Sequence record: NC_047815.1
Strand: one strand, 5' to 3'
Length of the DNA: 64,000 nt
The notes beneath the pieces were generated by a model, which was not told where the DNA came from, did no database searches, and saw only the letters and a list, made by a program, of their open reading frames with translations. The position numbers and the translations under genes were made by a program. Of this stretch, positions 52,381 to 61,544 are shown piece by piece (the first letter of the stretch is position 1; each line of letters opens with the position of its first letter).

Positions 52381-52533
52381 AAGCAGTACATCTTTTTAAA
52401 GTGTTCTAAGTGGGATTAGAGTGCTTTACAAAGAGCAAGACTTTTGACTGTGTGGCGGACTTCTAATGTCCGATGAATACGCGTTCAACGCCACACAGTC
52501 CTTTTTGCAGAGAGCACCATCTAGTGTACTGTG
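52381..52533 (+). ncRNA. candidate small structured RNA
   Basis: No ORF between two tandem promoters; 13-bp and 12-bp stems, U-tract at 52501, ends complementary. Confidence 0.55.
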
Positions 52534-52585
52534 CAAAACAGTGGTCAAAATGACCGTTGCTTTTAACCATGATTTTTCGTACTAT
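52534..52585 (+). promoter_or_regulatory. box-type sigma70 promoter
   Basis: CAAAACAGTGGTCAAAA 52534-50; TTGCTT 52557-62; TACTAT 52580-85. Confidence 0.8.
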
Positions 52586-52647
52586 TATATCTCTTGAGCA
52601 ATAACGCTCAACGCTATATCATCTACTAATACTGAGGAGTATTAATT

Positions 52648-54267
52648 ATGGCACGTCTCGAAACTTCTTCAAACCTGGTTGGCAAATCTATCGTTCTGCT
52701 GAACGGCACCAAAGCTAAAATTGTTGACGCTATCACAAGCGGCTACAAAACTGATAAGAGCGCGAAGCGTATCGCCACTCGCTGCGTTATCAAGAAGGGC
52801 ACTGGTTACGCAGAAATTGAACGTATGCCGCTGACCCAGCTTGTTGACACGGGTGAGGGTTATGTTGAAATCAAATCTGCTGACTCGAAAGCGCCTGCTA
52901 AAAAGACCGCTGCTAAGTCTACAGCAAAAGCATCAACCAAGACCACAACGAAAACTTCCGCCAAAAGCTCAACCAAAGCCGCAGCGAAAGCTGATAGCAA
53001 ACCAGCAGCAAAAGCAAAAGCGCCTGCTAAAACAAAAGCAGCCGCTAAGAAAGAAGAAGCCGAAGCGCCGCGTAGTCGTGTTCGTCGTAAGTCTGCACAG
53101 CCGACTACTTTGACCGCTATTGATCAAGAGTTCACCGAAGCTCTGGTGATGCGTGTTGTTGAGCATTTGAAATCAGGCAATCTGCTGTCACTTGCTACTG
53201 ACGGTGTTACGCCGATTGATAACGCGTTTGAAGTTACTTATGATGCGCAGTATGCAGCGCCGAATCAATTGCAGTTTACTATCGGTGTTGAGTATGCGAT
53301 GCCGCAGCAAGCCGCTGCAAACGATGCAGTAGAAATCAGCGCAGAAGTGCTGGAGCGTGCTGCTAAGAAAGTCGGCAAGACCATCGGCAAGAAACTTGCT
53401 GCTGCTATCAAGTCTGCGTACGGCGTAGACAGTGCGAAAGACCTGCTTGCTGGTACCGTACTGCGTCACGGCGATGATGAATTCATCTATATCGGTGCAA
53501 GTGCTGCCGACGCTGATAAAGCGTATATGTACAACGCCGAGTCTGATAAGTTTCGTGCAGTAGCCGCTGCTAATCTGTCTAGCTATGAGCTGGTGGCTGA
53601 CGAAGAACAAGACGAAGACGAAGAAGAGGAAGAAGAAGACGACAACGCTGACCTCGACTTTGAAGACGACGAAGAAGAAGAGGCTGATGACGAAGAAGCC
53701 GAAGAAGAGGAAGAGGACGAGGAAGAAGAAGCCGAAGAAGAAGAAGACGGCGAAGAATCTGAACCTGAATATTCTTATCGTTCAATCTCGAAAGATGAAT
53801 TGAGCCTCGTCAATAAGAAAGTAACTGCTAAGTATGTGGCGCAACTTGCTGAACAGTGGTCGCTTGATGTTGAAGCTCTGGTGCCTGGTCTGATTGTGTC
53901 AGACGGCGAAACCGAGTTCGCATATGTCGGCTTCGACTCTAAAGGCGGTCTGGTAGTTATCGATACACAAGACGGCGAAGCGATGGTCTACGCTAAAGCA
54001 CAGGTTAAATCGCTGACTGAGTTTGCCGCTGTGTTGGGCGACGACGAGACCTCTGACGAAGAAGCAGAAGAGGAAGAAGTTGAAGACGAAGAAGACGAAG
54101 AAGAAGACGGCGACGATGATTTTGACTTCGATGATGCCGACTCTGCTGACCTCGATGATATGTCAGAAGATGAATTGCGTGATAAAGTGATTCAAGCAGG
54201 TCTGACTACCGTACGCAAAGCTGGTCGCATGAACGAAGATGAATTACGCGAACTGCTGGCTGACTAA
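52648..54267 (+). CDS. modular protein: K/A-rich linker, two beta-rich domains, D/E tracts, C-terminal 40-aa helical module
   Basis: GAGGAG SD; composition and internal repeats visible in translation. Confidence 0.85.
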   Translation: MARLETSSNLVGKSIVLLNGTKAKIVDAITSGYKTDKSAKRIATRCVIKKGTGYAEIERMPLTQLVDTGEGYVEIKSADSKAPAKKTAAKSTAKASTKTTTKTSAKSSTKAAAKADSKPAAKAKAPAKTKAAAKKEEAEAPRSRVRRKSAQPTTLTAIDQEFTEALVMRVVEHLKSGNLLSLATDGVTPIDNAFEVTYDAQYAAPNQLQFTIGVEYAMPQQAAANDAVEISAEVLERAAKKVGKTIGKKLAAAIKSAYGVDSAKDLLAGTVLRHGDDEFIYIGASAADADKAYMYNAESDKFRAVAAANLSSYELVADEEQDEDEEEEEEDDNADLDFEDDEEEEADDEEAEEEEEDEEEEAEEEEDGEESEPEYSYRSISKDELSLVNKKVTAKYVAQLAEQWSLDVEALVPGLIVSDGETEFAYVGFDSKGGLVVIDTQDGEAMVYAKAQVKSLTEFAAVLGDDETSDEEAEEEEVEDEEDEEEDGDDDFDFDDADSADLDDMSEDELRDKVIQAGLTTVRKAGRMNEDELRELLAD

Positions 54268-54278
54268 CTGATACACAT

Positions 54279-54299
54279 GCGCCCTTCGGGGCGCTTTAC
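54279..54299 (+). terminator. stem-loop / probable terminator
   Basis: GCGCCC-TTCG-GGGCGC then TTT. Confidence 0.65.
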
Positions 54300-54335
54300 T
54301 TATTCATTCAAACAATCAAACGAGAGATTACGATT

Positions 54336-55415
54336 ATGGCCAAAGCTATATCCTCTGCAAACACCAACTTGTTAAACGCCCGTGTTGTTCGTGCTGACGG
54401 CACAAAGACATTCATCAACAAAGTCAATGCTCGTGGTTACAGCACTGATGCGAAAGGACCTCAGATTCCTATGCTGCGTCTTGTACAAAGCGGTCGCACG
54501 CTGAAAGAGATTCCAGAAGCGTATGACAAAGCTGCGTGCATCATTAGTGATGGCATCGTGTTCAAACTGAACCGCAAGCAACAACGCCAGCTTGCTGATA
54601 ACGAGATCGACAATAAAGAGTTTCGCGTAGACCTCGATCGCTTGCAGTTTGTTACTGACGCGCCCACTAAAGTGCAGCGCATGGCTGTACGACACACTCC
54701 TAAAGCAGAGTCTGTTAAAGCAGACAAGCGCCCGACTGCTAAACGCGTGCGCAAGCAAGCGAAAGCCGAAGGCATTGAAGTAGATATGTTGACCAAGAAA
54801 ACACAGACGGCGTCTCGCAAGAACAAGAAAGAAAAAGATGTGCCTGCTGATTTCATCAAGCAGATGCCACGCGAGATCAAACGATTGATTCAAGACGGTG
54901 AGTTCAAACTCAATCGCAAACAAATCGAAGCTGTGTTGAGTGCGTTAGGCGTTGACAGCGCATTCTATGCAGTCGCTGTTGAGCGTTATTTAGACGGTAT
55001 GTCACTGCGTTTACCCCAGCAAGACAAGTCGAAAGCAGGTAAGCGAAGCAAAGCTATCACACCTGTATATGCTGACCAGCGTGAATACAAAAAGCTGTTT
55101 CGAAAACTGAAAACAAAAGTTGTTGTGCCGACCAAGAAGTTTGAAGCACAGCACAAACTAAAAGTGCGCGAAGTAAGAAAGTTCTGGCAGGAAGCTCTTG
55201 GTCTGTCTAGCCCTGCTGATATTAAGAAAGGACTCATGGTCATTGATGACTATGGAGATAAGTTGATGCTGGTCACTATCGATCAAGTATCAACTATCTT
55301 TGTGAAAGCAGACGGTAGTGGTGAACGTCTGATGGCTCACGCCTTGCTTAATCACAAAAGCGGGCTTGGTAAATTCACATTGGCTCCTGCCGATGAACTG
55401 GATGCTAGCGCATGA
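54336..55415 (+). CDS. basic paralog of 52648
   Basis: N-terminal 43 aa align ungapped with 52648; K/R-rich. Confidence 0.8.
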   Translation: MAKAISSANTNLLNARVVRADGTKTFINKVNARGYSTDAKGPQIPMLRLVQSGRTLKEIPEAYDKAACIISDGIVFKLNRKQQRQLADNEIDNKEFRVDLDRLQFVTDAPTKVQRMAVRHTPKAESVKADKRPTAKRVRKQAKAEGIEVDMLTKKTQTASRKNKKEKDVPADFIKQMPREIKRLIQDGEFKLNRKQIEAVLSALGVDSAFYAVAVERYLDGMSLRLPQQDKSKAGKRSKAITPVYADQREYKKLFRKLKTKVVVPTKKFEAQHKLKVREVRKFWQEALGLSSPADIKKGLMVIDDYGDKLMLVTIDQVSTIFVKADGSGERLMAHALLNHKSGLGKFTLAPADELDASA

Positions 55416-55813
55416 ATGAAAAAACGAAGTTCGCAAAGAATGTTATCGCGGGCGCTGTTGCCCAAACCTATAGCCGTCTAACGTTGGCGGCAAGTCAAGG
55501 TCTGTTTCTCTACTATCAAGACCTATGCCCCATCATGTATGGGATGCATTTTGATCGTCTCAGTGAAGACCAGTCAGAAGCACTTTGGCAGTTACTTGCA
55601 GTCACCATGGAACTAGACGCGGCGGCGGGCAGATTGCCTCTTGCTGCCTTGTTTGTCAGTCGTCGTAAGGGCGAACATCAACCAAGAGCCGCGTTCTATG
55701 AAGTATATAAAAAGCTGTATGGCGAAACGCTTGATGCCGAAGGCTGGCGCAAACTAGTCGAGCGCATCTGGCAATCATACGCCATGCCTCCCGAACTGTT
55801 GGAGCGATTATGA
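55412..55813 (+). CDS. hypothetical protein, possible winged-helix domain
   Basis: YQDL...L...RLPLAALFVS pattern. Confidence 0.65.
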   Translation: MNEKTKFAKNVIAGAVAQTYSRLTLAASQGLFLYYQDLCPIMYGMHFDRLSEDQSEALWQLLAVTMELDAAAGRLPLAALFVSRRKGEHQPRAAFYEVYKKLYGETLDAEGWRKLVERIWQSYAMPPELLERL

Positions 55814-56277
55814 AACAACCGAAGAAGATTTCAATCAGTCGTTCGTCTATGCGCCCTGAACAACGTGACCACAAGCTGGCAAACGTTGTGAACTTTCTTT
55901 TGGGTACGATTGGTACTCAAGCTACTATGGTCAGTCAGACCATGTTGCTAAACACAGCTAACTATCACTGGCTTACCTCAGTATCAGACACTCGAAGCGA
56001 TACAAAAGAAAATCGCCGTGTGTTGCACAAAACTGTAAAAGATCTAAACGCGTATTGTAGAAAGAATAAAATACCGTTGGGATTACTAATTATGCCGCAT
56101 ACCTCAGCGTCTGATTCGTCTGGGGATGATGTGTGTGCCATACCGTGGACGCATGTTAAAGCAAGTGCAGCACAGCGCAGCGCAATCAATTCACTATTCG
56201 CACTAAGCATGAATGATTATGGCGAACAGTTTGTGCGAGACGCAAAAACTGATTCAGAGGGCAGCGATGTTTTATAA
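55810..56277 (+). CDS. hypothetical protein, possible distant paralog of 55412
   Basis: LNAYCRKNKIPLGLLIM. Confidence 0.65.
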   Translation: MKQPKKISISRSSMRPEQRDHKLANVVNFLLGTIGTQATMVSQTMLLNTANYHWLTSVSDTRSDTKENRRVLHKTVKDLNAYCRKNKIPLGLLIMPHTSASDSSGDDVCAIPWTHVKASAAQRSAINSLFALSMNDYGEQFVRDAKTDSEGSDVL

Positions 56278-57520
56278 ATCAATCTTCACAACGGAAGAGC
56301 AGAACCTTTTTCTGCAACTAATGCAGTGGCGCTTAATCCCGAATGAAGTTCCGAAGTTTATGGAAAGTTCGCAGTGTGTGATGAAAGTCCGACACAGCAT
56401 CATTCGTTACAATCAAGCGAGTCAGGTGGTGGCAAACATCCTGCCTCGTATAGCACCTCGTACTGTACTGCGTATTGTCAGTGAAGTGCGTGCAGGCAAT
56501 CTTGGTCTGCCGCTCACTCAACTTGCTGTGTTGTTTGAGCTTGGCATGGGCGTTCCTAAGCAGCGCGACATTGCACGCTATATTCGTGCGTATGACCCAC
56601 AAGAAGATCATGAAGGTCGTACACTGAAACATATACGCAAGATGATTGTGCAGTATCAGCGCAATCTCAAGCGCAGCCTGTACAACATTCAGTATCTGCC
56701 ACCAGCACCATACGTTGCTCAGATGTTGAAGCTCCAGCAGTTTGTTCATCTGCGAGAAGGCGGCTACAAGCACAAGGTCAAAGTACCAGACGGTCTGCCT
56801 GTCGTGCTGATCTATGCAAACGACAAAGTTGCCGAAGCACAGTTTACACTAACTGATGCCTTTATGATTAGCCCTCTTGGTTATCCCGTGCCGTTTGCTA
56901 ACATCGCAATGCGCAAGGAGTTTGGTGCTGTCAAGACTTTTCAGAGTCGTGCGCTGCAAGGCAAGGGAATGTACAGCATGGTGTTTGGTGTTGTCTATTG
57001 GTCTGGTCAAAAGACAACAGCGATGATGCGCCAACTGCGTTGTCTCGACACAGAAGAAAGCTATGCTGTGTTGTTCGACAACTATCCTGAATTGTGCAGT
57101 GAGGAATTGCTTGAGTCGTATCAATACAAGCGCACTGATACCGAACAGCACATCGCAGCACTGGAAACTGTAAAAGAATTTCGTGACCAACGTAGTCTGA
57201 CACCCAAGCAGCAACGTCGCCTTGATCGTGCAAATGAATACTTTGCCGTTCGCAGTGAAGCTCTTGGTGATCTTGAGAAATTGGAGAAACGTGAGGCGCG
57301 TAATCTCGAAAAGACAGGGCCTGTAGCCACAGCACGTTTTTGTGCAATTGACGCAGGTACCATCGAAGACCGAGATACCTTTACCAGTGTGAAGAACCCT
57401 ATTGAGAAAGTTGAAACTGTGTTAGCGCGTTGGGGATTTGAAACCCTAGGCAAAGCCGCTGATCGCAGTTCTGTCCTGACTTATACGAGCGCACCGAAGG
57501 GTCGCTGTTGGTCACTATAA
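56267..57520 (+). CDS. basic hypothetical protein
   Basis: GAGG SD before ATG 56267. Confidence 0.75.
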   Translation: MFYKSIFTTEEQNLFLQLMQWRLIPNEVPKFMESSQCVMKVRHSIIRYNQASQVVANILPRIAPRTVLRIVSEVRAGNLGLPLTQLAVLFELGMGVPKQRDIARYIRAYDPQEDHEGRTLKHIRKMIVQYQRNLKRSLYNIQYLPPAPYVAQMLKLQQFVHLREGGYKHKVKVPDGLPVVLIYANDKVAEAQFTLTDAFMISPLGYPVPFANIAMRKEFGAVKTFQSRALQGKGMYSMVFGVVYWSGQKTTAMMRQLRCLDTEESYAVLFDNYPELCSEELLESYQYKRTDTEQHIAALETVKEFRDQRSLTPKQQRRLDRANEYFAVRSEALGDLEKLEKREARNLEKTGPVATARFCAIDAGTIEDRDTFTSVKNPIEKVETVLARWGFETLGKAADRSSVLTYTSAPKGRCWSL

Positions 57521-57544
57521 CGTTATATCTGAGGAGATACAAAG

Positions 57545-60526
57545 ATGACCGATCAAAACACTAACGGTTCAGCGAAGTCTAGTGCTGAGGAACAACAGCG
57601 CGTGATTGACCAGAACCGTCACAACACAGCGGCAGCCAGTCAAGATAAGACTGCACTGTTTGTTGTGCTTGCCCCAACCAATGCTGACAACGAAGTTAGC
57701 AACGTTGATTGCAAAGGCGATTTCTTTGCGCGGCAGCTTGAAACAAAAGCAATTGACCGTCTGCCTGACATGTTGAGTCATGTTAGTCAGGGTCTGAAAG
57801 CACAGCACTCCGCATACGATTTACTGCTGCCTCAAAACGGCGTGCCTACTTCTATCGATGCGCGTGTGCAATTGAATGAGCAGTACGACGCCAAGATCGT
57901 TCGCTATACTGTAAACGTTTCAAAGTCGGCATTGATGCAACGTCTCAGCATGGCAATCTTCGATGTTGCTGGTGACCGTAACATCTATGACGTAGCAGCA
58001 CAGTACGGTATTCACGCTATTGTCCTCTCAGATGACAAACAAGCTGTAAATGTACTGCGTGAGTTAGAGTCTCAGCTTGTAGCGTCTAAAGCTGACTTTA
58101 ACTCGGTAATCGATATTGATGATGACGCGCTGAATACCGTGCTGATCAATGTCAACACATTGCCTGCTAATCCGAGCGTGCTTATCGAAGGCGTGCGTCG
58201 TACTTTCGCAATTCAAAATGCTAACGGCCAGTTGCTGGCACCGTCTAAAATTGGAGAACAAACTGTGGTAGATAAAAACAATGGTCCTGTAGATCTCGAC
58301 GAAGATAACTTTGAATCCGTTGATCAGGACAACGAGCAGTCCGACGAAGAAGAAGTGGCAACGGGCCGTGCGCTGCTGGGCTATCAAGCTGATAGCCTGA
58401 CTCAAGAGCAAAAGATTGAAGCTCTGACCGCTATCGATTATGATTGTTCCGAGATGGACGAAGAAGCAATCGACGAAGCGTTTTTGGTTGAGCAAGAGAA
58501 GTTCCTCGACAGCGAAGACGAAGACTCAGAAGAAGAATCTGATGAAGAATCAGAAGAAGCCGAAGACTTCGACGCTGCTGGTGAAATCACTGCTATCCTT
58601 GAGCAGTACGGTGATGACCGTGACCAGATCAAACGTCTGGTGCGTGCTGCTGAACTGAAAGTGCTGGTAGCCGATACTGCTGAAACGCTGGCTGCTAAAC
58701 TGATTGCTCATGTTGAAGACATGAACGAAGAACAGTTTGCCGAATTCCTGACTGATCTGATTGCTGCCGTTGAAGGCAAGCCTGTTGACGTTGCGCCGCT
58801 TAACGAGTGGTTCGATGATACCGACTCTACCGACGAAGAAGAAGACGAAGAGTCCGAAGATGAAGATGAGCAGGACGAAGATGAAGACGAAGATGAGCAG
58901 CAATCTGCCATCGACGCTATTACCGACCCGCTTGATTACTTCGACTATGCTGGTGGTGACCTGACTCCTGAACAACGTATCTCTGCGGTTGAAGCGATGG
59001 GTCACTCCACAGAAGGCCTGAACATCATCAAAGTGATGAAGCTGTTTAACCGTCTGAAAGAAGAAGTATCGCCAGAAACTCTGGACGAAGAAGACGAGCA
59101 GGACGCTCTGCAAGTTCAAGCAGACCTCGACGAAGAAGAGGAGATTGCAGACGAGTCAGAAGACGTAGTTAAGGCGCGTGCGTATCTCGCTGCTGCCGCT
59201 GCTGATGACCTGTCTATCATCGCCGAACTGGTTGGTGCAGATGCAACTGACCTCGACGAAGAACAGACTATCGAAGCCGTGTTGTTTGAAGGTGATATTG
59301 ATAATCTGATCGCTGCTGCTGATACGTACGGTGTTGAAGCTGACTCCGATATCTCCTACTGGGAATTGCTGGTGGCGTTCCTGGAAAGCTACTTCTCAGA
59401 AGATGATTCAGAAGAAGCGGACTTCGGACAAGATGAACCTCAGTCTGAAAACGAAAGCATCCTTGCTCAGGCTGGTGTTGAGAACAACTCTAATCCACTG
59501 GGTATCGAAGCTGTGTCTGGCGCCGACAACAGCGGTAGCTTGAAGTTCCTGCGTAATGCACACAACAGCCCAGCAGGTACGCTGATGAGCGTTGATATGC
59601 CGCAGTCGCTGATCATCAACTTCACGCTGACTGACCGTGCATCGTTTGAAGAATTCAACGAAGAACTGCAGGACGTTGACGGCCTGAACTATCGCTTCCC
59701 GTTTGTTCGTCCGAAGAAAGCGAACAAAGCACAAGGCGCGATGTACCAGCCTGCTGCGTCACTGATTGAAATCATGGAGCAGACTGCAACAAGCCGCTTC
59801 ATGGTCGACACTAATCAGTTTGATGTTGGTCAATTCAGCGAAGCACTGAATGCGTCACTGGCCACCAGCGTTGAGAACAACCTGTATGACGGTCTGCTGG
59901 AACCAGGCGCTAACCCGCACGAAGAAGGTCTCAAGCTCGGTGACTTTGTTGATGACGAAGAACTGACCGATGATGAAATCGCTCCTGAGTATTGGGACGA
60001 ATTCCAGGGTGCTGACTTGCCTATGCACGGTATCATCAACGGTTTCGTGGGCGTTCGTCCTGTGCAAATCGAAGAACTGCACAGCGTGTTGTGCCTCGGT
60101 GTGCTGAACGTTGCAGTGCCTGGTATCTGGGAACTGGACCGTAACAAAGTTGGTGAGCTGCTTGATGGCGCAATCAATGCTGTCAAATCTCTGCTGGCAC
60201 CGAACAACAACATCAAAGTACACGTGGGCTTCACTCTGAGTTCTGCCTCTCTGATTGTTGATGATACGCTGATGCATGTTGTTAATCATCTGCGTGATCA
60301 GGAAATGCTGTACAGCTACTCCTCTGCCGACTGTGCGTTGTTCGCAGACAACGAAGACGTGCTGGAAGCCGCTGCAAGTCTCGACAACAGCGAACGTCTG
60401 CCGCTTGAACTGCTGTCTACTGGCTTCGCTGGCAAGACGTTTGAAAACGGCGGTGACCTGACTATTCTGGTTCCTTGCTTTGAAATCGACGCTGACGAAG
60501 ACGAAGACGAAGCAGACGAAGAATAA
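57545..60526 (+). CDS. 993-aa highly acidic modular protein
   Basis: GAGGAG SD; short helical modules separated by D/E tracts. Confidence 0.85.
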   Translation: MTDQNTNGSAKSSAEEQQRVIDQNRHNTAAASQDKTALFVVLAPTNADNEVSNVDCKGDFFARQLETKAIDRLPDMLSHVSQGLKAQHSAYDLLLPQNGVPTSIDARVQLNEQYDAKIVRYTVNVSKSALMQRLSMAIFDVAGDRNIYDVAAQYGIHAIVLSDDKQAVNVLRELESQLVASKADFNSVIDIDDDALNTVLINVNTLPANPSVLIEGVRRTFAIQNANGQLLAPSKIGEQTVVDKNNGPVDLDEDNFESVDQDNEQSDEEEVATGRALLGYQADSLTQEQKIEALTAIDYDCSEMDEEAIDEAFLVEQEKFLDSEDEDSEEESDEESEEAEDFDAAGEITAILEQYGDDRDQIKRLVRAAELKVLVADTAETLAAKLIAHVEDMNEEQFAEFLTDLIAAVEGKPVDVAPLNEWFDDTDSTDEEEDEESEDEDEQDEDEDEDEQQSAIDAITDPLDYFDYAGGDLTPEQRISAVEAMGHSTEGLNIIKVMKLFNRLKEEVSPETLDEEDEQDALQVQADLDEEEEIADESEDVVKARAYLAAAAADDLSIIAELVGADATDLDEEQTIEAVLFEGDIDNLIAAADTYGVEADSDISYWELLVAFLESYFSEDDSEEADFGQDEPQSENESILAQAGVENNSNPLGIEAVSGADNSGSLKFLRNAHNSPAGTLMSVDMPQSLIINFTLTDRASFEEFNEELQDVDGLNYRFPFVRPKKANKAQGAMYQPAASLIEIMEQTATSRFMVDTNQFDVGQFSEALNASLATSVENNLYDGLLEPGANPHEEGLKLGDFVDDEELTDDEIAPEYWDEFQGADLPMHGIINGFVGVRPVQIEELHSVLCLGVLNVAVPGIWELDRNKVGELLDGAINAVKSLLAPNNNIKVHVGFTLSSASLIVDDTLMHVVNHLRDQEMLYSYSSADCALFADNEDVLEAAASLDNSERLPLELLSTGFAGKTFENGGDLTILVPCFEIDADEDEDEADEE

Positions 60527-60540
60527 AATCTGTTAATGTA

Positions 60541-60567
60541 GGGCGTAGCGCAACTGCGCCCTCATTT
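60541..60567 (+). terminator. stem-loop / probable terminator
   Basis: GGGCGTAG/CTGCGCCC stem, weak U-tract. Confidence 0.5.
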
Positions 60568-60579
60568 CTGGAGATTGTA

Positions 60580-61464
60580 ATGTCAGAACACAACAGCACT
60601 GAACAGCAAGACAGCGGTATGATGTTGCGTGACCACATCGTATCCCTTGAGCAGCGTGTTCGTAATCTGAGTGGTCAAGTGCAGGACTTATCTGCCGAGC
60701 TTGCTCAAACCTCTACGAACCACACCAACAAAAGCATTGAGTGCCGTCGCCTGACTCGTGTGTTAGCTGAACGTGATGCGCAACTGCAAGCAGCAACAGA
60801 CCTTGCCTCAGAACGTAAAACAGCACTTGAGCAAATGATTTCAGTCGGTGAAGCTCAACGGAAACTACGTGAGACGGAATCTCGCACTGCTGAAAAGCGT
60901 TACAATGAACTGCGTAACCAGCTTGCTAAGCCTGCTGGAAATCAGAAATTTGTTATGAACATGATAATTAACGCTGCACTGAACGAACTCCGTTGTGGTG
61001 TTGAGCGTGCGTTGTTCATGTACAGCACAGCAAATCCACGCAAGACCAATCGGCATCGTGCTGCCGAACAAGCACTGCGTGAGCAATTAACTTTGGAAGA
61101 CGTTCCAAGTTCTTTGCAGGATATTGTAAAAGTATACTGCGTTACAACAAACACGGCGTTTGATATTGATTCAGTCCTCAGCGAACTTAGCGCCCATGTG
61201 ATGTTGTGCCGAGAGACGATTGAAGACAGCGATACGGCGTCCGGCATGTTCAATCAAATGTCAAGCACGATAGTCGCACAGCGTGCCTTGCTTGAGCAAG
61301 ACGTAGCATCCGAACCTGACGACATTCTGTTTACGTTTATGTATGACGTAATCAACGATGACGAAAAGCCTTACGGCGATTCGCTGATTGATGCAGTAAC
61401 AAAATTGTGTGTACGTTACGCACAGCAATTAAGTTTCGAACTTCCAGTTTTATCTGACGAATAA
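60580..61464 (+). CDS. coiled-coil protein
   Basis: GGAG SD; heptad-rich N-terminal ~120 aa. Confidence 0.75.
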   Translation: MSEHNSTEQQDSGMMLRDHIVSLEQRVRNLSGQVQDLSAELAQTSTNHTNKSIECRRLTRVLAERDAQLQAATDLASERKTALEQMISVGEAQRKLRETESRTAEKRYNELRNQLAKPAGNQKFVMNMIINAALNELRCGVERALFMYSTANPRKTNRHRAAEQALREQLTLEDVPSSLQDIVKVYCVTTNTAFDIDSVLSELSAHVMLCRETIEDSDTASGMFNQMSSTIVAQRALLEQDVASEPDDILFTFMYDVINDDEKPYGDSLIDAVTKLCVRYAQQLSFELPVLSDE

Positions 61465-61476
61465 AAAATCAGAATA

Positions 61477-61486
61477 AATCTGTAAA
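61477..61486 (+). promoter_or_regulatory. AATCTGTAAA box
   Basis: Intergenic perfect copy. Confidence 0.6.
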
Positions 61487-61544
61487 TTGTAATTGAACCA
61501 CACACGGTAATTGTACCGCGACTATTAATCATCTGGAGTTTTAA

